Shown: positions 27,348-36,959, numbered from the stretch's first letter. The stretch: 64,000 nt of DNA from a virus (IMGVR_UViG_3300000510_000016:23526-87525), one strand, 5' to 3'. Numbers and translations are program-made. Notes: a model not told the origin generated them from the sequence alone.

Positions 27348-27647
27348 CTAACCACCAACTATAGCTAAGTAAATACCGTTATAAAGCATTAATGAAAAAG
27401 GGTTAAAAAAGATTGCACCAAAAAACAATGTAGGCTCTACCAAGTCTTTTAAGAACTCTACCACTTTAATAACAGATATTACGATAATAGCCAATACAAC
27501 AAAGTTAACGTTATTGACAGTAGCTTGCTCGATATCAGCTTTAATAGCTTTTAAACAAGCGCCAAAAGTAGTTTGGTAATTATCACCAGTTTTAATAACT
27601 TGCTTAGTCATGGCATGTGCTTGTTTGAATAATTGTGAGTTTGTCAT
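27348..27647 (-). CDS. Early protein, LFxxAHxMTK N-terminal domain + 2 TM
   Basis: MTNSQLFKQAHAMTKQVIKTGDNYQTTFGACL; hydrophobic C-terminal half. Confidence 0.7.
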   Translation of the reverse strand: MTNSQLFKQAHAMTKQVIKTGDNYQTTFGACLKAIKADIEQATVNNVNFVVLAIIVISVIKVVEFLKDLVEPTLFFGAIFFNPFSLMLYNGIYLAIVGG

Positions 27648-27690
27648 GGCGGTTAATCCTATTAAGTGTTGTTTGCTTGGTATGGCTGTT

Positions 27691-27719
27691 ATTGTATACA
27701 CTTATTAACTACTTGTAAA
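27691..27719 (-). promoter_or_regulatory. Early sigma70 promoter with conserved leader
   Basis: TTTACA-17-TACAAT + CCATACCAAGCAA. Confidence 0.8.
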
Positions 27720-27974
27720 GTGTTTAATCTGTTTTAATAGCAAATTAATGTTTTTATTATCTTCAAACGGTTGCCCAACTTCTAAGACTGATTTTACACT
27801 TCTTAGCCTAACCCACTCAAAGACCTTGTTATCTGTTACCATTATCATTGGTAGATATTCGCTACCACAGTCCCCCTTGCTATAATCTACCACCTGCAAG
27901 GGCGTATTGTTTGGCATAACATGACAATGCTTTAACAACACTACAGCGCCGATAACATTAGTTTTATCTAGCAT
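27705..27974 (-). CDS. Early hypothetical protein
   Basis: ORF in block. Confidence 0.7.
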   Translation of the reverse strand: MLDKTNVIGAVVLLKHCHVMPNNTPLQVVDYSKGDCGSEYLPMIMVTDNKVFEWVRLRSVKSVLEVGQPFEDNKNINLLLKQIKHFTSS

Positions 27975-27984
27975 ATTATTACCC

Positions 27985-28587
27985 CTATTTAAGCTTGTTT
28001 GCTATATTCAAAAAATGACTTCTAACAGCTTGCATTACTTCTTTATCATCATGTTTTATTGTAGTTATATAGCTAAGTAATTCAGCTCTATTAAACGGCA
28101 CATAATAACTATTAATGTTATATTGCACAGCCTCAATAACTTCTATAACTTCTTTGTTATCTACCTTTACTGGTTTTTCAAAAACATTGATAAAGTGGGT
28201 TATTACGATATCACTTACTTGTGAATCCTGCTTATTAAAACTATACTTATTTTCTCTTATATGTGCTGCAATAGCTATAAGGGTATTATCAATAACATCA
28301 TTTTTTACTAGGTTATTAATATCATCTATTGCCTTATTAACTAATAATGCTAGTTTGCTTGGCTCTGCTAAGTTTACGCTGTTATTACTAGCAACCTGCT
28401 CTTCTAGCTTACGCTCACGAATAATAAGCTCAATTTTATATTCAGCAACAGTTTTTAAATGCTCTTCTACCTTAGCAGAATCAGCACCAAAGTTGCGAAT
28501 AAAAGCAGGGGTCTTGTTTTCTAATAACTCTAAAAAATTAGCTTGTGAACGTACTGCTTCTTGAAGCTCAATAGTAAAATGGCACAT
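27985..28587 (-). CDS. First gene of early block, helical hypothetical protein
   Basis: ATG 28587 with AAGGA RBS downstream of promoter. Confidence 0.75.
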   Translation of the reverse strand: MCHFTIELQEAVRSQANFLELLENKTPAFIRNFGADSAKVEEHLKTVAEYKIELIIRERKLEEQVASNNSVNLAEPSKLALLVNKAIDDINNLVKNDVIDNTLIAIAAHIRENKYSFNKQDSQVSDIVITHFINVFEKPVKVDNKEVIEVIEAVQYNINSYYVPFNRAELLSYITTIKHDDKEVMQAVRSHFLNIANKLK

Positions 28588-28641
28588 AATAAAATCCTTA
28601 AATAGATTAATCAATAAGCTTGTTTGCTTGGTATGGCTGCT

Positions 28642-28670
28642 ATTATAAGTATTAACCAATAGGCTGTCAA
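28642..28670 (-). promoter_or_regulatory. Consensus early sigma70 promoter
   Basis: TTGACA-17-TATAAT + CCATACCAAGCAA. Confidence 0.9.
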
Positions 28671-29093
28671 CACTTATTATCATTTATATTAATATTATTT
28701 ATTATAACATTTTAATGGGTTAACGCTGAAATAGACAGCCAAAATAAATACCGCCATAATCTACCACGTAAACAAGATTAATAACATTTAGACTTATTTA
28801 CACAAAGAAACATTAAAAAGGTTGACTATATATTTTTAGGTTGCCTAACAAACTAGGTATATTTTACCTAACTGTTATATAAGGAACGCGCACACGAATA
28901 AACTAATCTGACTTACTTGTCAACACATTTCAACCAAAGTTACATAATAAATTTTATTTTGTAATTAGCTGATTTTTAGCTTGACTTTGACCAAACTTTT
29001 ATGGTAGTTATTAATAAGTATCATATTCTAGGTATCACTGTCAATAGCATTTACAAAACTTTATTTATTTTTTGTAATTATCAATAAATCGGG

Positions 29094-29117
29094 TTGACAA
29101 GTGGTTATCAAATATGC
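29094..29117 (+). repeat. Right copy of inverted motif TTGACAAGTGG-n4/5-AAATATGC
   Basis: TTGACAAGTGGTTATCAAATATGC, followed by TAGGGG/CCCCTA hairpin. Confidence 0.7.
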
Positions 29118-29699
29118 TAGGGGTTATGACCCCCCTATCACATGCTGGGGGTAATTGTCAAGTTTGTAACTAAAGAAATAACATTTGCAGTACAATCGAC
29201 AAGTTACAATGTAACATCACGTAAGTTTACAATGTAACTGAATTGTACGGTATATAAGGCTTTACCCCATATATCAAAAGCTAGCTAGCCCTAAAAATTT
29301 TCCTAGATTTTAAATCTTAGCTCGCCCCAAAATTCTAATACACTATATATAATATATAGATAGCCTTTATATAATATAATACTAGCTAGCCTTTTAGAGA
29401 GAAAGATAGAGAGAGAGGTCTCCCTTATACATATAGCACCATATCATGTATAGCCTATTGTGTATAGGTGTGTAGAGGGTTATGTCGGTAGGGGATATTG
29501 TGTGGGAGGGTGTTATTTGGACATTAGCAAACCAGATGCCCTGTGCAATATTTATATGTTGGAATACCTCTGTGAGAAAATGCTCTATGCTCAACTGCCG
29601 CGATTTGGTTTTTCCTTCGTAAAATATCTGGTAGTATAATATTATTTTATTAAGTAAATCATTACCCAATCTGGACATCCAACCTAGATATACAGACAA

Positions 29700-30220
29700 C
29701 ACCATCTATAAAGATAGCACTATTACACAATGAAACCTTTATTCTATAAGGGATTAGCACCATCAACAATTACTGTTATCTATGAATATAGTATCAATAT
29801 TATCCTCTTTACATTACAGTTACATTATATTTAATACTTTATGTATATATTAATAATTCATTTTCTAATTATAATAATAACTTTTAATATTTAATATGTA
29901 ATTGTTAATGTTTATTTATTAATGTGATGATTATAAATAAGAGTTATTGAGGGTGTATTGGGCAGGATTCTTATACGAATCTGTGAATATATCCATAAGT
30001 ATTTATTATTTTATTATAGTTATTGATAGTAAAAGTTGTGTTCTTGTTAGATGTATGTGCTGGATATTGTGTTAGGTTGTTCTGTTAGCAAGCCACACTA
30101 CGAGAGCTAGACGCTCTCTTGTCTGTCTTTATATGATTTATTAAAGTGTAATTTTTTATAATATATAATCTATTTTTGTGATAAGTGCTAAGATATAATA
30201 GAACAATTTTACCGCTACCT
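29700..30220. other. AT-rich non-coding region, candidate origin/control region 2
   Basis: Same ordered motifs as 4500-4800: TATAAGGnnTTAGCAC, CTGGATAT..GTTAG, TAAGTGCTAA. Confidence 0.55.
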
Positions 30221-30314
30221 ATTGCATAACCATCTAATTAGGTGTATAATGCTCAGTATCAGTGTCAGATTTCATGCAGATATAAACCTTAGCATTTTTC
30301 ACAGGGGAATACAA

Positions 30315-32135
30315 ATGAGTTTAGTAATAGAGAATACAATAACAGTTAAACATCCACATACATATCTTGGGGAGGTTATGTCTGACCTTCCTGACAACAC
30401 TTACTTGTGTAAAGGCATTACAGGTTGTGGTGCTACGTCTTTAGCCTTAACCAATAATGTACCTTATATTGTTATAGTGCCGTACATTAGTGCCATTGAT
30501 AATAAGACAGAACAGGCAGAGAACAGTCATGTTAAGGGTGTTAAAGGGGGTGTCACCGTAGATGATATTGTAGAGCATGTAATAAGTATGAAAGATAAAG
30601 GAGAAAGGTTAAAGTTAATGACAACCTATGACTCATTCTTTAAATGTTATGAGGCTCTAGATAGGCTGGGTATGGTACAGGACTTTAAGTTATGTATAGA
30701 TGAGGCTCATGTATTAGTATCATTAGCTAAGATTAAGGGTATATGTTTTAATTATCTGTATAAACATTTTAGATTGTTTAAATCTTATGTATTTATTACA
30801 GCTACTCCTAACGATAAGAGTTTGTTACCTAGTGCTATTCAAGATGTAGATTTTGTAAGAGTTGTTTGGGAAGCTGCTGAGAAAGTAGAGATAACAGAAC
30901 AAAGAGTTAAGAGTGTTAGAGAGTGCAACAAGGTGGTAGTAGAGATATGTGTATCACACCTACTAGGAGAGGTTGATGGTAATGCTTACATATTCTATAA
31001 CAGTGTTAGTGAGATTATTGCTGTTATCAAGAAACTTAAGAACTTGGAGGATTTTACTTCCGATAATGTAAATATCTTTTGTGCCAACAACCCTTATAAT
31101 GAGAAGCGTCTTAATGCACAGCTGGGCAAGGAGTTCGGAGGTGGCAGTTTTAATGATTGCAAGAAGATTAACTTTCTAACCAGTGGTCATTATGAGAGCT
31201 GTGATATCAATGATATGGAAGGAAAGAGTTATATTATTGTTAGCTCTAAGAGGAACAGTACCGCACTAACCAATCATATATGTGTAACTCAGATTGTGGG
31301 CAGGTTAAGAAAGAGTGAATATAAGAATGAAGCTGTAATGATTATTGCAGGGTTCGAGGAAGATGTTTATCAACAACCACTTAATGATTTTAAGAATACA
31401 TTAGATAAGATGGAGAGTGAGGCACAGTACCAGATAGATAGGGCTAACAAGGCTAAAGAAGATGGTTTTGAATCCACTTATTTACAAGATTTAGACTCTT
31501 TCTCTACCAATCCTTTTGTTATTGTCAACACAGATGGCACACTAGAGATTAACTCAGGGGCTAGGTTATCTGAACTACAAACTCACCAAGCATTTAATTC
31601 TTATATGGTTACTGTACCCAGAGATGTACAGAACAGTACAGTGAGGGTTGTAGATAATAATAAGATTGAGGTTTCTGACTTAGCTAGGTTATTAGTAGAT
31701 GAAAAGGTTGACTTCTCTAGAATGATGAATGAGTATATTAAATCTATTGAGGAAGATGACTTAGGAACAACTGAAATGATAGAGCAAAAGAGTAATTTAC
31801 ACAAGGAGTATGTTGATGTATTAGGTATTGATAGAATTAAATCACTAGGTAGCAATAAGACAAAGCTGACTAATGCTTATAACCTAGCAATAAAGTTTAG
31901 TGATAATAACTTAGAGATTAAGAGTAGGTTATCAAGCTTAAGGGTTGGCAAGAAGTATACATCTACAGATATTGTTAATCTATTGCAGAGTTGCTATGAT
32001 GATTTAAACATTGATAGGAAAGCTGTTAGTAATGATATTAAGAACTACTTTATAGTTAGTAAAACTCAAGTGGTTAGTGAGATAGATGGTAAGAGGAAAC
32101 AAGGGTTTAAAATAGTGTCGGATTTATATAAATAA
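30315..32135 (+). CDS. SF2 helicase-like / origin-binding-protein-like protein (third, divergent member)
   Basis: KGITGCGAT degenerate Walker A, IVIVP Ia, CIDEAH, FITATP motif III, QIVGRLR motif VI; promoter TTGCAT-17-TATAAT upstream. Confidence 0.75.
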   Translation: MSLVIENTITVKHPHTYLGEVMSDLPDNTYLCKGITGCGATSLALTNNVPYIVIVPYISAIDNKTEQAENSHVKGVKGGVTVDDIVEHVISMKDKGERLKLMTTYDSFFKCYEALDRLGMVQDFKLCIDEAHVLVSLAKIKGICFNYLYKHFRLFKSYVFITATPNDKSLLPSAIQDVDFVRVVWEAAEKVEITEQRVKSVRECNKVVVEICVSHLLGEVDGNAYIFYNSVSEIIAVIKKLKNLEDFTSDNVNIFCANNPYNEKRLNAQLGKEFGGGSFNDCKKINFLTSGHYESCDINDMEGKSYIIVSSKRNSTALTNHICVTQIVGRLRKSEYKNEAVMIIAGFEEDVYQQPLNDFKNTLDKMESEAQYQIDRANKAKEDGFESTYLQDLDSFSTNPFVIVNTDGTLEINSGARLSELQTHQAFNSYMVTVPRDVQNSTVRVVDNNKIEVSDLARLLVDEKVDFSRMMNEYIKSIEEDDLGTTEMIEQKSNLHKEYVDVLGIDRIKSLGSNKTKLTNAYNLAIKFSDNNLEIKSRLSSLRVGKKYTSTDIVNLLQSCYDDLNIDRKAVSNDIKNYFIVSKTQVVSEIDGKRKQGFKIVSDLYK

Positions 32136-32210
32136 TTAAAACAACCCTTGCACAATACAGCCAATATGTTATTATAAGCATTCAAACACACACACCAACA
32201 GGGAATAAAT

Positions 32211-32930
32211 ATGAAATACATGGGTAGCAAGAATAGGTTTGCTAAAGAACTTTTACCAATCATTCTCAAAGACAGAGTAGATGGGCAATATTATGTAGAA
32301 CCATTTGCAGGTGGTATGAACATGATTGATAAGGTGACAGGTAATCGTATTGCCAATGACTTTAATGAACAGCTAATATCAATGTGGAAAGAGCTAATTA
32401 ATAACAAGTGGACTCCTAAAGAATATTACACTAAAGATGAATATAAAGATATTATGCAGAACAAAGACAAATACCCTACTCATGTGCTAGGCTGGGTTGG
32501 TTTCAACTGTAGTTATTCTGGAAAGTATTTTGGTGGATTTGCAGGTAAAGTTACGACTAAAACTGGTGTTGAAAGAAATTATCAAGATGAAGCCTTTAGA
32601 AACACAATTAAACAAGTTCCTAATTTAGTAGGAGTTAATTTTGTTTGTGGCAGTTATGATGAAATAGAAATACCTGAACAATCAATTATTTATTGCGACC
32701 CTCCTTATCAGTCTACTACAGGGTACAGTAACGACATAGACCATGATAAGTTCTGGCAATGGGTAAGAGAAATGACAGATAAAGGACACAAGGTATTTGT
32801 TAGCGAGTATAATGCTCCTGATGATTTTGAATGTGTTTGGGAGAAACAAACCAAAAGTAGTTTATCAGCTAACGGTGTTTCAGGTGGTAGCAAGGTATCT
32901 ACAGAGAAATTATTTACACTAAACAAATAG
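32211..32930 (+). CDS. DNA adenine methyltransferase (D12/Dam-like alpha class)
   Basis: MKYMGSK, YVEPFAGG, IYCDPPY. Confidence 0.95.
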   Translation: MKYMGSKNRFAKELLPIILKDRVDGQYYVEPFAGGMNMIDKVTGNRIANDFNEQLISMWKELINNKWTPKEYYTKDEYKDIMQNKDKYPTHVLGWVGFNCSYSGKYFGGFAGKVTTKTGVERNYQDEAFRNTIKQVPNLVGVNFVCGSYDEIEIPEQSIIYCDPPYQSTTGYSNDIDHDKFWQWVREMTDKGHKVFVSEYNAPDDFECVWEKQTKSSLSANGVSGGSKVSTEKLFTLNK

Positions 32931-32943
32931 GATTATTATTATT

Positions 32944-33657
32944 ATGAAAGAATTTATGGACAACCAGACAGTAAAACTACTACAAGGTGATTGCCTTGAG
33001 TTAATGAAAACTATTCCTAATGGAAGTGTAGATTTAGTATTGACAGACCCTCCTTACAACATTGCAAGAGATAATAATTTTCACACAATGGGTAGAGCAG
33101 GAATTGATTTTGGTGAGTGGGATAAGGGCGCAGATATCTTGTCTTATATAGATGAGGTGTATCGTGTCCTTGACAAAAATGGAAGTTTCATTGTATTTAA
33201 CGATTGGAAAAACTTAGGGGATATTGTCAAGTATGCTGAAAAACTAGGTTTTGTCACTAAGGATATGTTGAGGTTAGAGAAATCAAACCCAATGCCTAGA
33301 AACAGAGATAGACGTTACATTACAGATTATGAATGTGCAATCTGGTTCACTATGCCAAAAGCTAAGTGGATATTTAACAGACAAGATGAGAAATACCAAA
33401 GACCTAAGTTTGTGCATTCTATTGATAAAGGCTTTCATCCAACTCAAAAGAGTTTAGGATTAATGACTGACCTCGTTAAGATACATAGCAATGAAGGACA
33501 AGTTATCTTAGATTGTTTTGCAGGAAGTGGAACAACAGGGGTAGCTTGTATCAACACGGACAGAAAATTCATTGGTATCGAACTTGACGAAACCTACTTT
33601 AAAATCGCTAAAGAACGTATTGAGGATGCACAAATAAAACTAGGTGGTGGAATGTGA
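32944..33657 (+). CDS. DNA methyltransferase, N6/N4 beta class
   Basis: DPPY, HPTQK, DCFAGSGTTG; paralog of 6475-7215. Confidence 0.95.
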   Translation: MKEFMDNQTVKLLQGDCLELMKTIPNGSVDLVLTDPPYNIARDNNFHTMGRAGIDFGEWDKGADILSYIDEVYRVLDKNGSFIVFNDWKNLGDIVKYAEKLGFVTKDMLRLEKSNPMPRNRDRRYITDYECAIWFTMPKAKWIFNRQDEKYQRPKFVHSIDKGFHPTQKSLGLMTDLVKIHSNEGQVILDCFAGSGTTGVACINTDRKFIGIELDETYFKIAKERIEDAQIKLGGGM

Positions 33658-33874
33658 CTAAAGGTGATATTTATGTAGCACATGATTGCGGATGGAGGGT
33701 TGTGGTTACAAAAGTCACTACTACTAAGGTTACGTACTTTGCAGGATATGCTACAATAACAGAAAGTATAGATAAGTTTAACAGTGAGTTCTATAAAGAG
33801 GTTTAACCCACAAAAACACTTGCTAATAATCTAGTGAGTGTTATAATAACCATACACAAACAAGGATAATACAA

Positions 33875-34231
33875 ATGAGTATTTTATATAAAGCTACAAC
33901 TGAAAGTGATTGTGAAGGAAGACGACCAAGAAAGGTATTAGGGGTATTCAAAGCTAACAGTAAGTTACAGGTTATTGAATACTTAGTGGCTAACAATATC
34001 AAACCATATTACGGTTACATGGTTGAAGAAATAGATGTCTTAGACATATCAGATACAAAAGTTACATACGTAGCAGACATTATAGAAGAGAGTTATGGTA
34101 CAATCAAGGTTGTGCTAAATGCAGAACGACAAGCAGAGCTAGAGAAACAACAACTTATTAAATCTGCTCTAGGCAAATTAACAGATAAAGAAATCTTAGC
34201 TTTGAAAGGTTATGACACTAAATATAAATAA
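33875..34231 (+). CDS. Hypothetical protein
   Basis: Downstream of TTGCTA-16-TATAAT promoter. Confidence 0.75.
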   Translation: MSILYKATTESDCEGRRPRKVLGVFKANSKLQVIEYLVANNIKPYYGYMVEEIDVLDISDTKVTYVADIIEESYGTIKVVLNAERQAELEKQQLIKSALGKLTDKEILALKGYDTKYK

Positions 34232-34243
34232 CAGGAGAACAAC

Positions 34244-34597
34244 ATGAGAGATATTAAATTCAGATGTTACGTTAAGTTCTTGGGTGAAATGCACGAAGTA
34301 AGAGAGCTGGTTCTTGATAGAGGCTCTGTAATGATTGAGGCATACCCTTATGGACTAGATAGAGATGATGCACCTGTAATGCAATATATAGGCATGAAAG
34401 ATAAGAATGGCGTAGATATTTACGAAGGGGATGTTGTTCATTTCAATGTAAGAGGAGATAAACTCATACCTGAATCCTTACCTTATTACAATGAAAAAGG
34501 AGCTGTAGAGATTTCTTTTGGTAGTGTAGGGTTTGGTGGGTGGGATTCAGCATATTGTACAGATATAGTAGTTGTTGGAAATATTTATCAAGCTTAA
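34244..34597 (+). CDS. YopX family protein
   Basis: MRDIKFR...MQYIGMKDKNG.DIYEGDVV...VVGNIY. Confidence 0.9.
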   Translation: MRDIKFRCYVKFLGEMHEVRELVLDRGSVMIEAYPYGLDRDDAPVMQYIGMKDKNGVDIYEGDVVHFNVRGDKLIPESLPYYNEKGAVEISFGSVGFGGWDSAYCTDIVVVGNIYQA

Positions 34598-34611
34598 CTT
34601 AGGAGAGCAAT

Positions 34612-34947
34612 GTGAACAATTACGAAGAAGTAAAAGAAGTAGTAAATACCTTAATCAAAGACACTAACATACCAGAGAGCCAACAAAACACTGTAGCTGA
34701 GTACATCACTGAAGAACTAATCAGAAAGATAGATTTCTATACTAGGAAGTTCTATATGATTGTTACTAAAGATAGGAGATTCATTCGGTATAGTACAACA
34801 TCAAGTGGCAGCAAGGGGGTATTTATTGGTATGTCACCATCAAGTGCTACAGTTTTTAATGATATTGTCAGTTGTAATGAGGTATTAAGTAAGTGTAAAA
34901 GTAAATACCCTAGCGAAGTTTTCTTAATAAAATCTTTTGAATATTAA
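34612..34947 (+). CDS. Hypothetical protein
   Basis: AGGAG RBS. Confidence 0.7.
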   Translation: MNNYEEVKEVVNTLIKDTNIPESQQNTVAEYITEELIRKIDFYTRKFYMIVTKDRRFIRYSTTSSGSKGVFIGMSPSSATVFNDIVSCNEVLSKCKSKYPSEVFLIKSFEY

Positions 34948-35015
34948 TATAAAATAACCCTTGTTATATATTTAAGCAGGGGTTATAATGTTTGTACCAA
35001 CTCAGGAGAACACCA

Positions 35016-35327
35016 ATGAACACACAACAGACATTCACCAAAGGTAATATCATCGTATCAGACATAGAATACGATGCTTCAGCATCGGGGGACGGGGTTA
35101 TATTCCTCCACCTAGAAAACGGAAGTATTGAGATTGATGTAGAAAGTTATTTTGGACAAACAGAGTACGCTAACTATTGTTTTGTTAGTAATATTGTAGA
35201 CGATAAGTGTTATTACCAATATCTAGATGATGAGAGCATTGAAGTAGTGGATAAATACTTAATTGAGAATAATATCAAAGCTAAGTATATGGAAGAAGTT
35301 TCAGAAGCAGCTAGTCAAACATTTTAA
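35016..35327 (+). CDS. Acidic hypothetical protein
   Basis: AGGAG RBS before ATG 35016. Confidence 0.7.
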   Translation: MNTQQTFTKGNIIVSDIEYDASASGDGVIFLHLENGSIEIDVESYFGQTEYANYCFVSNIVDDKCYYQYLDDESIEVVDKYLIENNIKAKYMEEVSEAASQTF

Positions 35328-35338
35328 GGGGAGATGAT

Positions 35339-36079
35339 ATGAGCTTAGATAGTAGAGTGGGTCAGGTTTTTAGTACAAACGGTGGGACAGATTGTGTTAT
35401 TACTGAGTACAAGGGTACATATAAGGTTAAAATCAAATTCTTAGATGAACATGGGTACGAAAATGAAGTTGCAATGAAAGAGTTGAGGAACGGGGAAGTT
35501 AAAAACCCTTACTCCAAGAGTCTTCATGGTGTAGGATTTCTAGGAGAGGGTGTGTTCAAAACTTCTGTAAATAAGATTCTGACTCCAGAGTACAAATACT
35601 GGAGTGATATGCTTATGAGATGCTATTACAAGACTTCCTTAATGAAAAATCCTAGTTATATTAACTGTATAGTCTGTGATGAGTGGCACAACTTCCAAAT
35701 ATTTGCTGACTGGATAACAAAACACGAATATTTTGGTCTAGGTTATGAGTTAGATAAAGATTTATTACTTAAAGGAAATAAATTGTACAGCCCAGATACC
35801 TGCTCTTTAATCCCCAAAGAGGTTAATATGGCGATAAATGGGGCTTACTTATCAAAAGGCAAGTGTAAGCAAGGTGTTACATTAAGAAAAAATGGTAAGT
35901 TTCAAGCTCAAATTTCTTACTTTGGAGAGAGTAAATATTTAGGTTGTTTTGAAACAGAAGAAGAAGCTTATAATGCCTATAAAGAAAGCAAAGAGTTTTA
36001 CATAAAAAGTATTGCGGATAAGTGGAGTAAAAGAATTTCTAAAAAGTCTTATGATGCACTAATGTCATGGAGTATTTAG
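35339..36079 (+). CDS. Free-standing homing endonuclease (HNH-like + AP2-like)
   Basis: W.DML.RCY...CIVCDEWHNFQ.FA.W...YELDKDLL.KGNK.YSPDTC. Confidence 0.8.
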   Translation: MSLDSRVGQVFSTNGGTDCVITEYKGTYKVKIKFLDEHGYENEVAMKELRNGEVKNPYSKSLHGVGFLGEGVFKTSVNKILTPEYKYWSDMLMRCYYKTSLMKNPSYINCIVCDEWHNFQIFADWITKHEYFGLGYELDKDLLLKGNKLYSPDTCSLIPKEVNMAINGAYLSKGKCKQGVTLRKNGKFQAQISYFGESKYLGCFETEEEAYNAYKESKEFYIKSIADKWSKRISKKSYDALMSWSI

Positions 36080-36187
36080 TAATTATGAGCGTATTATCTG
36101 GGGCTTTAAAACCTTACGGTGATGTCTATTATGACTTCAATGATTGTGATGATGAATATTTTATTAAACTGTAATTAGGAGAGAAAT

Positions 36188-36760
36188 ATGAATAAATTCA
36201 AAGTAGGTGATAAGGTGGTACGTGTATCAGAAACTTATGGTAAGGCTATTAAAGGAGGTGTATACGAGGTTAGTGGGGTATCCGACAATGAATGGGCTGG
36301 CAGTTGTGGAATCAATCTAAAAGGACATGAGGGCGTAAGTGGTAAGTTTAATTATGAATCAAGTTGTTTTGATTTATATGTAGACGATGTTCTGTCACCA
36401 CTAGAAGCTGCTGAAGCATTGATGAGTAAAGATAATCTACAAGTATTCGATAGTGATGCTAACAAGTGGTATGGATTTCATAATGAACTTAGAAATATTA
36501 CACTAGAAGATTTAAAACACATTAAACTTAGACACAAGCCTAAGACTGTGATTATTAATGGTGTGGAAGTAGTAGCTCCTGCCAAGAAAGATGATATTGA
36601 ACAGTATTTTTATACAGTTAATTTTAGTGAAAACACTGTACACACTATTGATAAGGTATATATTGATAAAGGTTTCAATTATTATTGGGCTACAAAAGAA
36701 GATGCACAGAAAGCTTTAGATGCCATGTTAATTCCGTTTAAGGGGGGCGACAATGAGTAA
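36188..36760 (+). CDS. Hypothetical protein (KFKVGD beta-barrel N-terminus)
   Basis: AGGAG RBS. Confidence 0.75.
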   Translation: MNKFKVGDKVVRVSETYGKAIKGGVYEVSGVSDNEWAGSCGINLKGHEGVSGKFNYESSCFDLYVDDVLSPLEAAEALMSKDNLQVFDSDANKWYGFHNELRNITLEDLKHIKLRHKPKTVIINGVEVVAPAKKDDIEQYFYTVNFSENTVHTIDKVYIDKGFNYYWATKEDAQKALDAMLIPFKGGDNE

Positions 36761-36959
36761 AGTTGAGTACCATTGTGTAGGCAGTTGCAATAAATGTAAA
36801 GGAAGTAATTCTGTGGAGATAACAGACACTTTAGATGGGCATACAATGTTAGAGGCTAAAACAGTTTGTAGTGTTTGTGGGTTCGAGGATTATTGGGCTT
36901 ATGGGTGGTTTGAATCTGGGCAGGTTATGATAAGTAATTGTGAAAAGTACAGTTATTAA
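36753..36959 (+). CDS. Small zinc-ribbon protein
   Basis: CNKC...CSVC. Confidence 0.7.
   Translation: MSKVEYHCVGSCNKCKGSNSVEITDTLDGHTMLEAKTVCSVCGFEDYWAYGWFESGQVMISNCEKYSY

Noticed and set aside
22853-28680. CRISPR-like array formed by the repeated TTGCTTGGTAT / promoter units
   Set aside because: The copies are hundreds to thousands of bp apart, separated by genes, and coincide with promoters; no regular repeat-spacer period and no cas genes
29394-29705. 103-aa minus-strand ORF
   Set aside because: No RBS, low-complexity composition, lies in the putative terminal/control region; likely spurious
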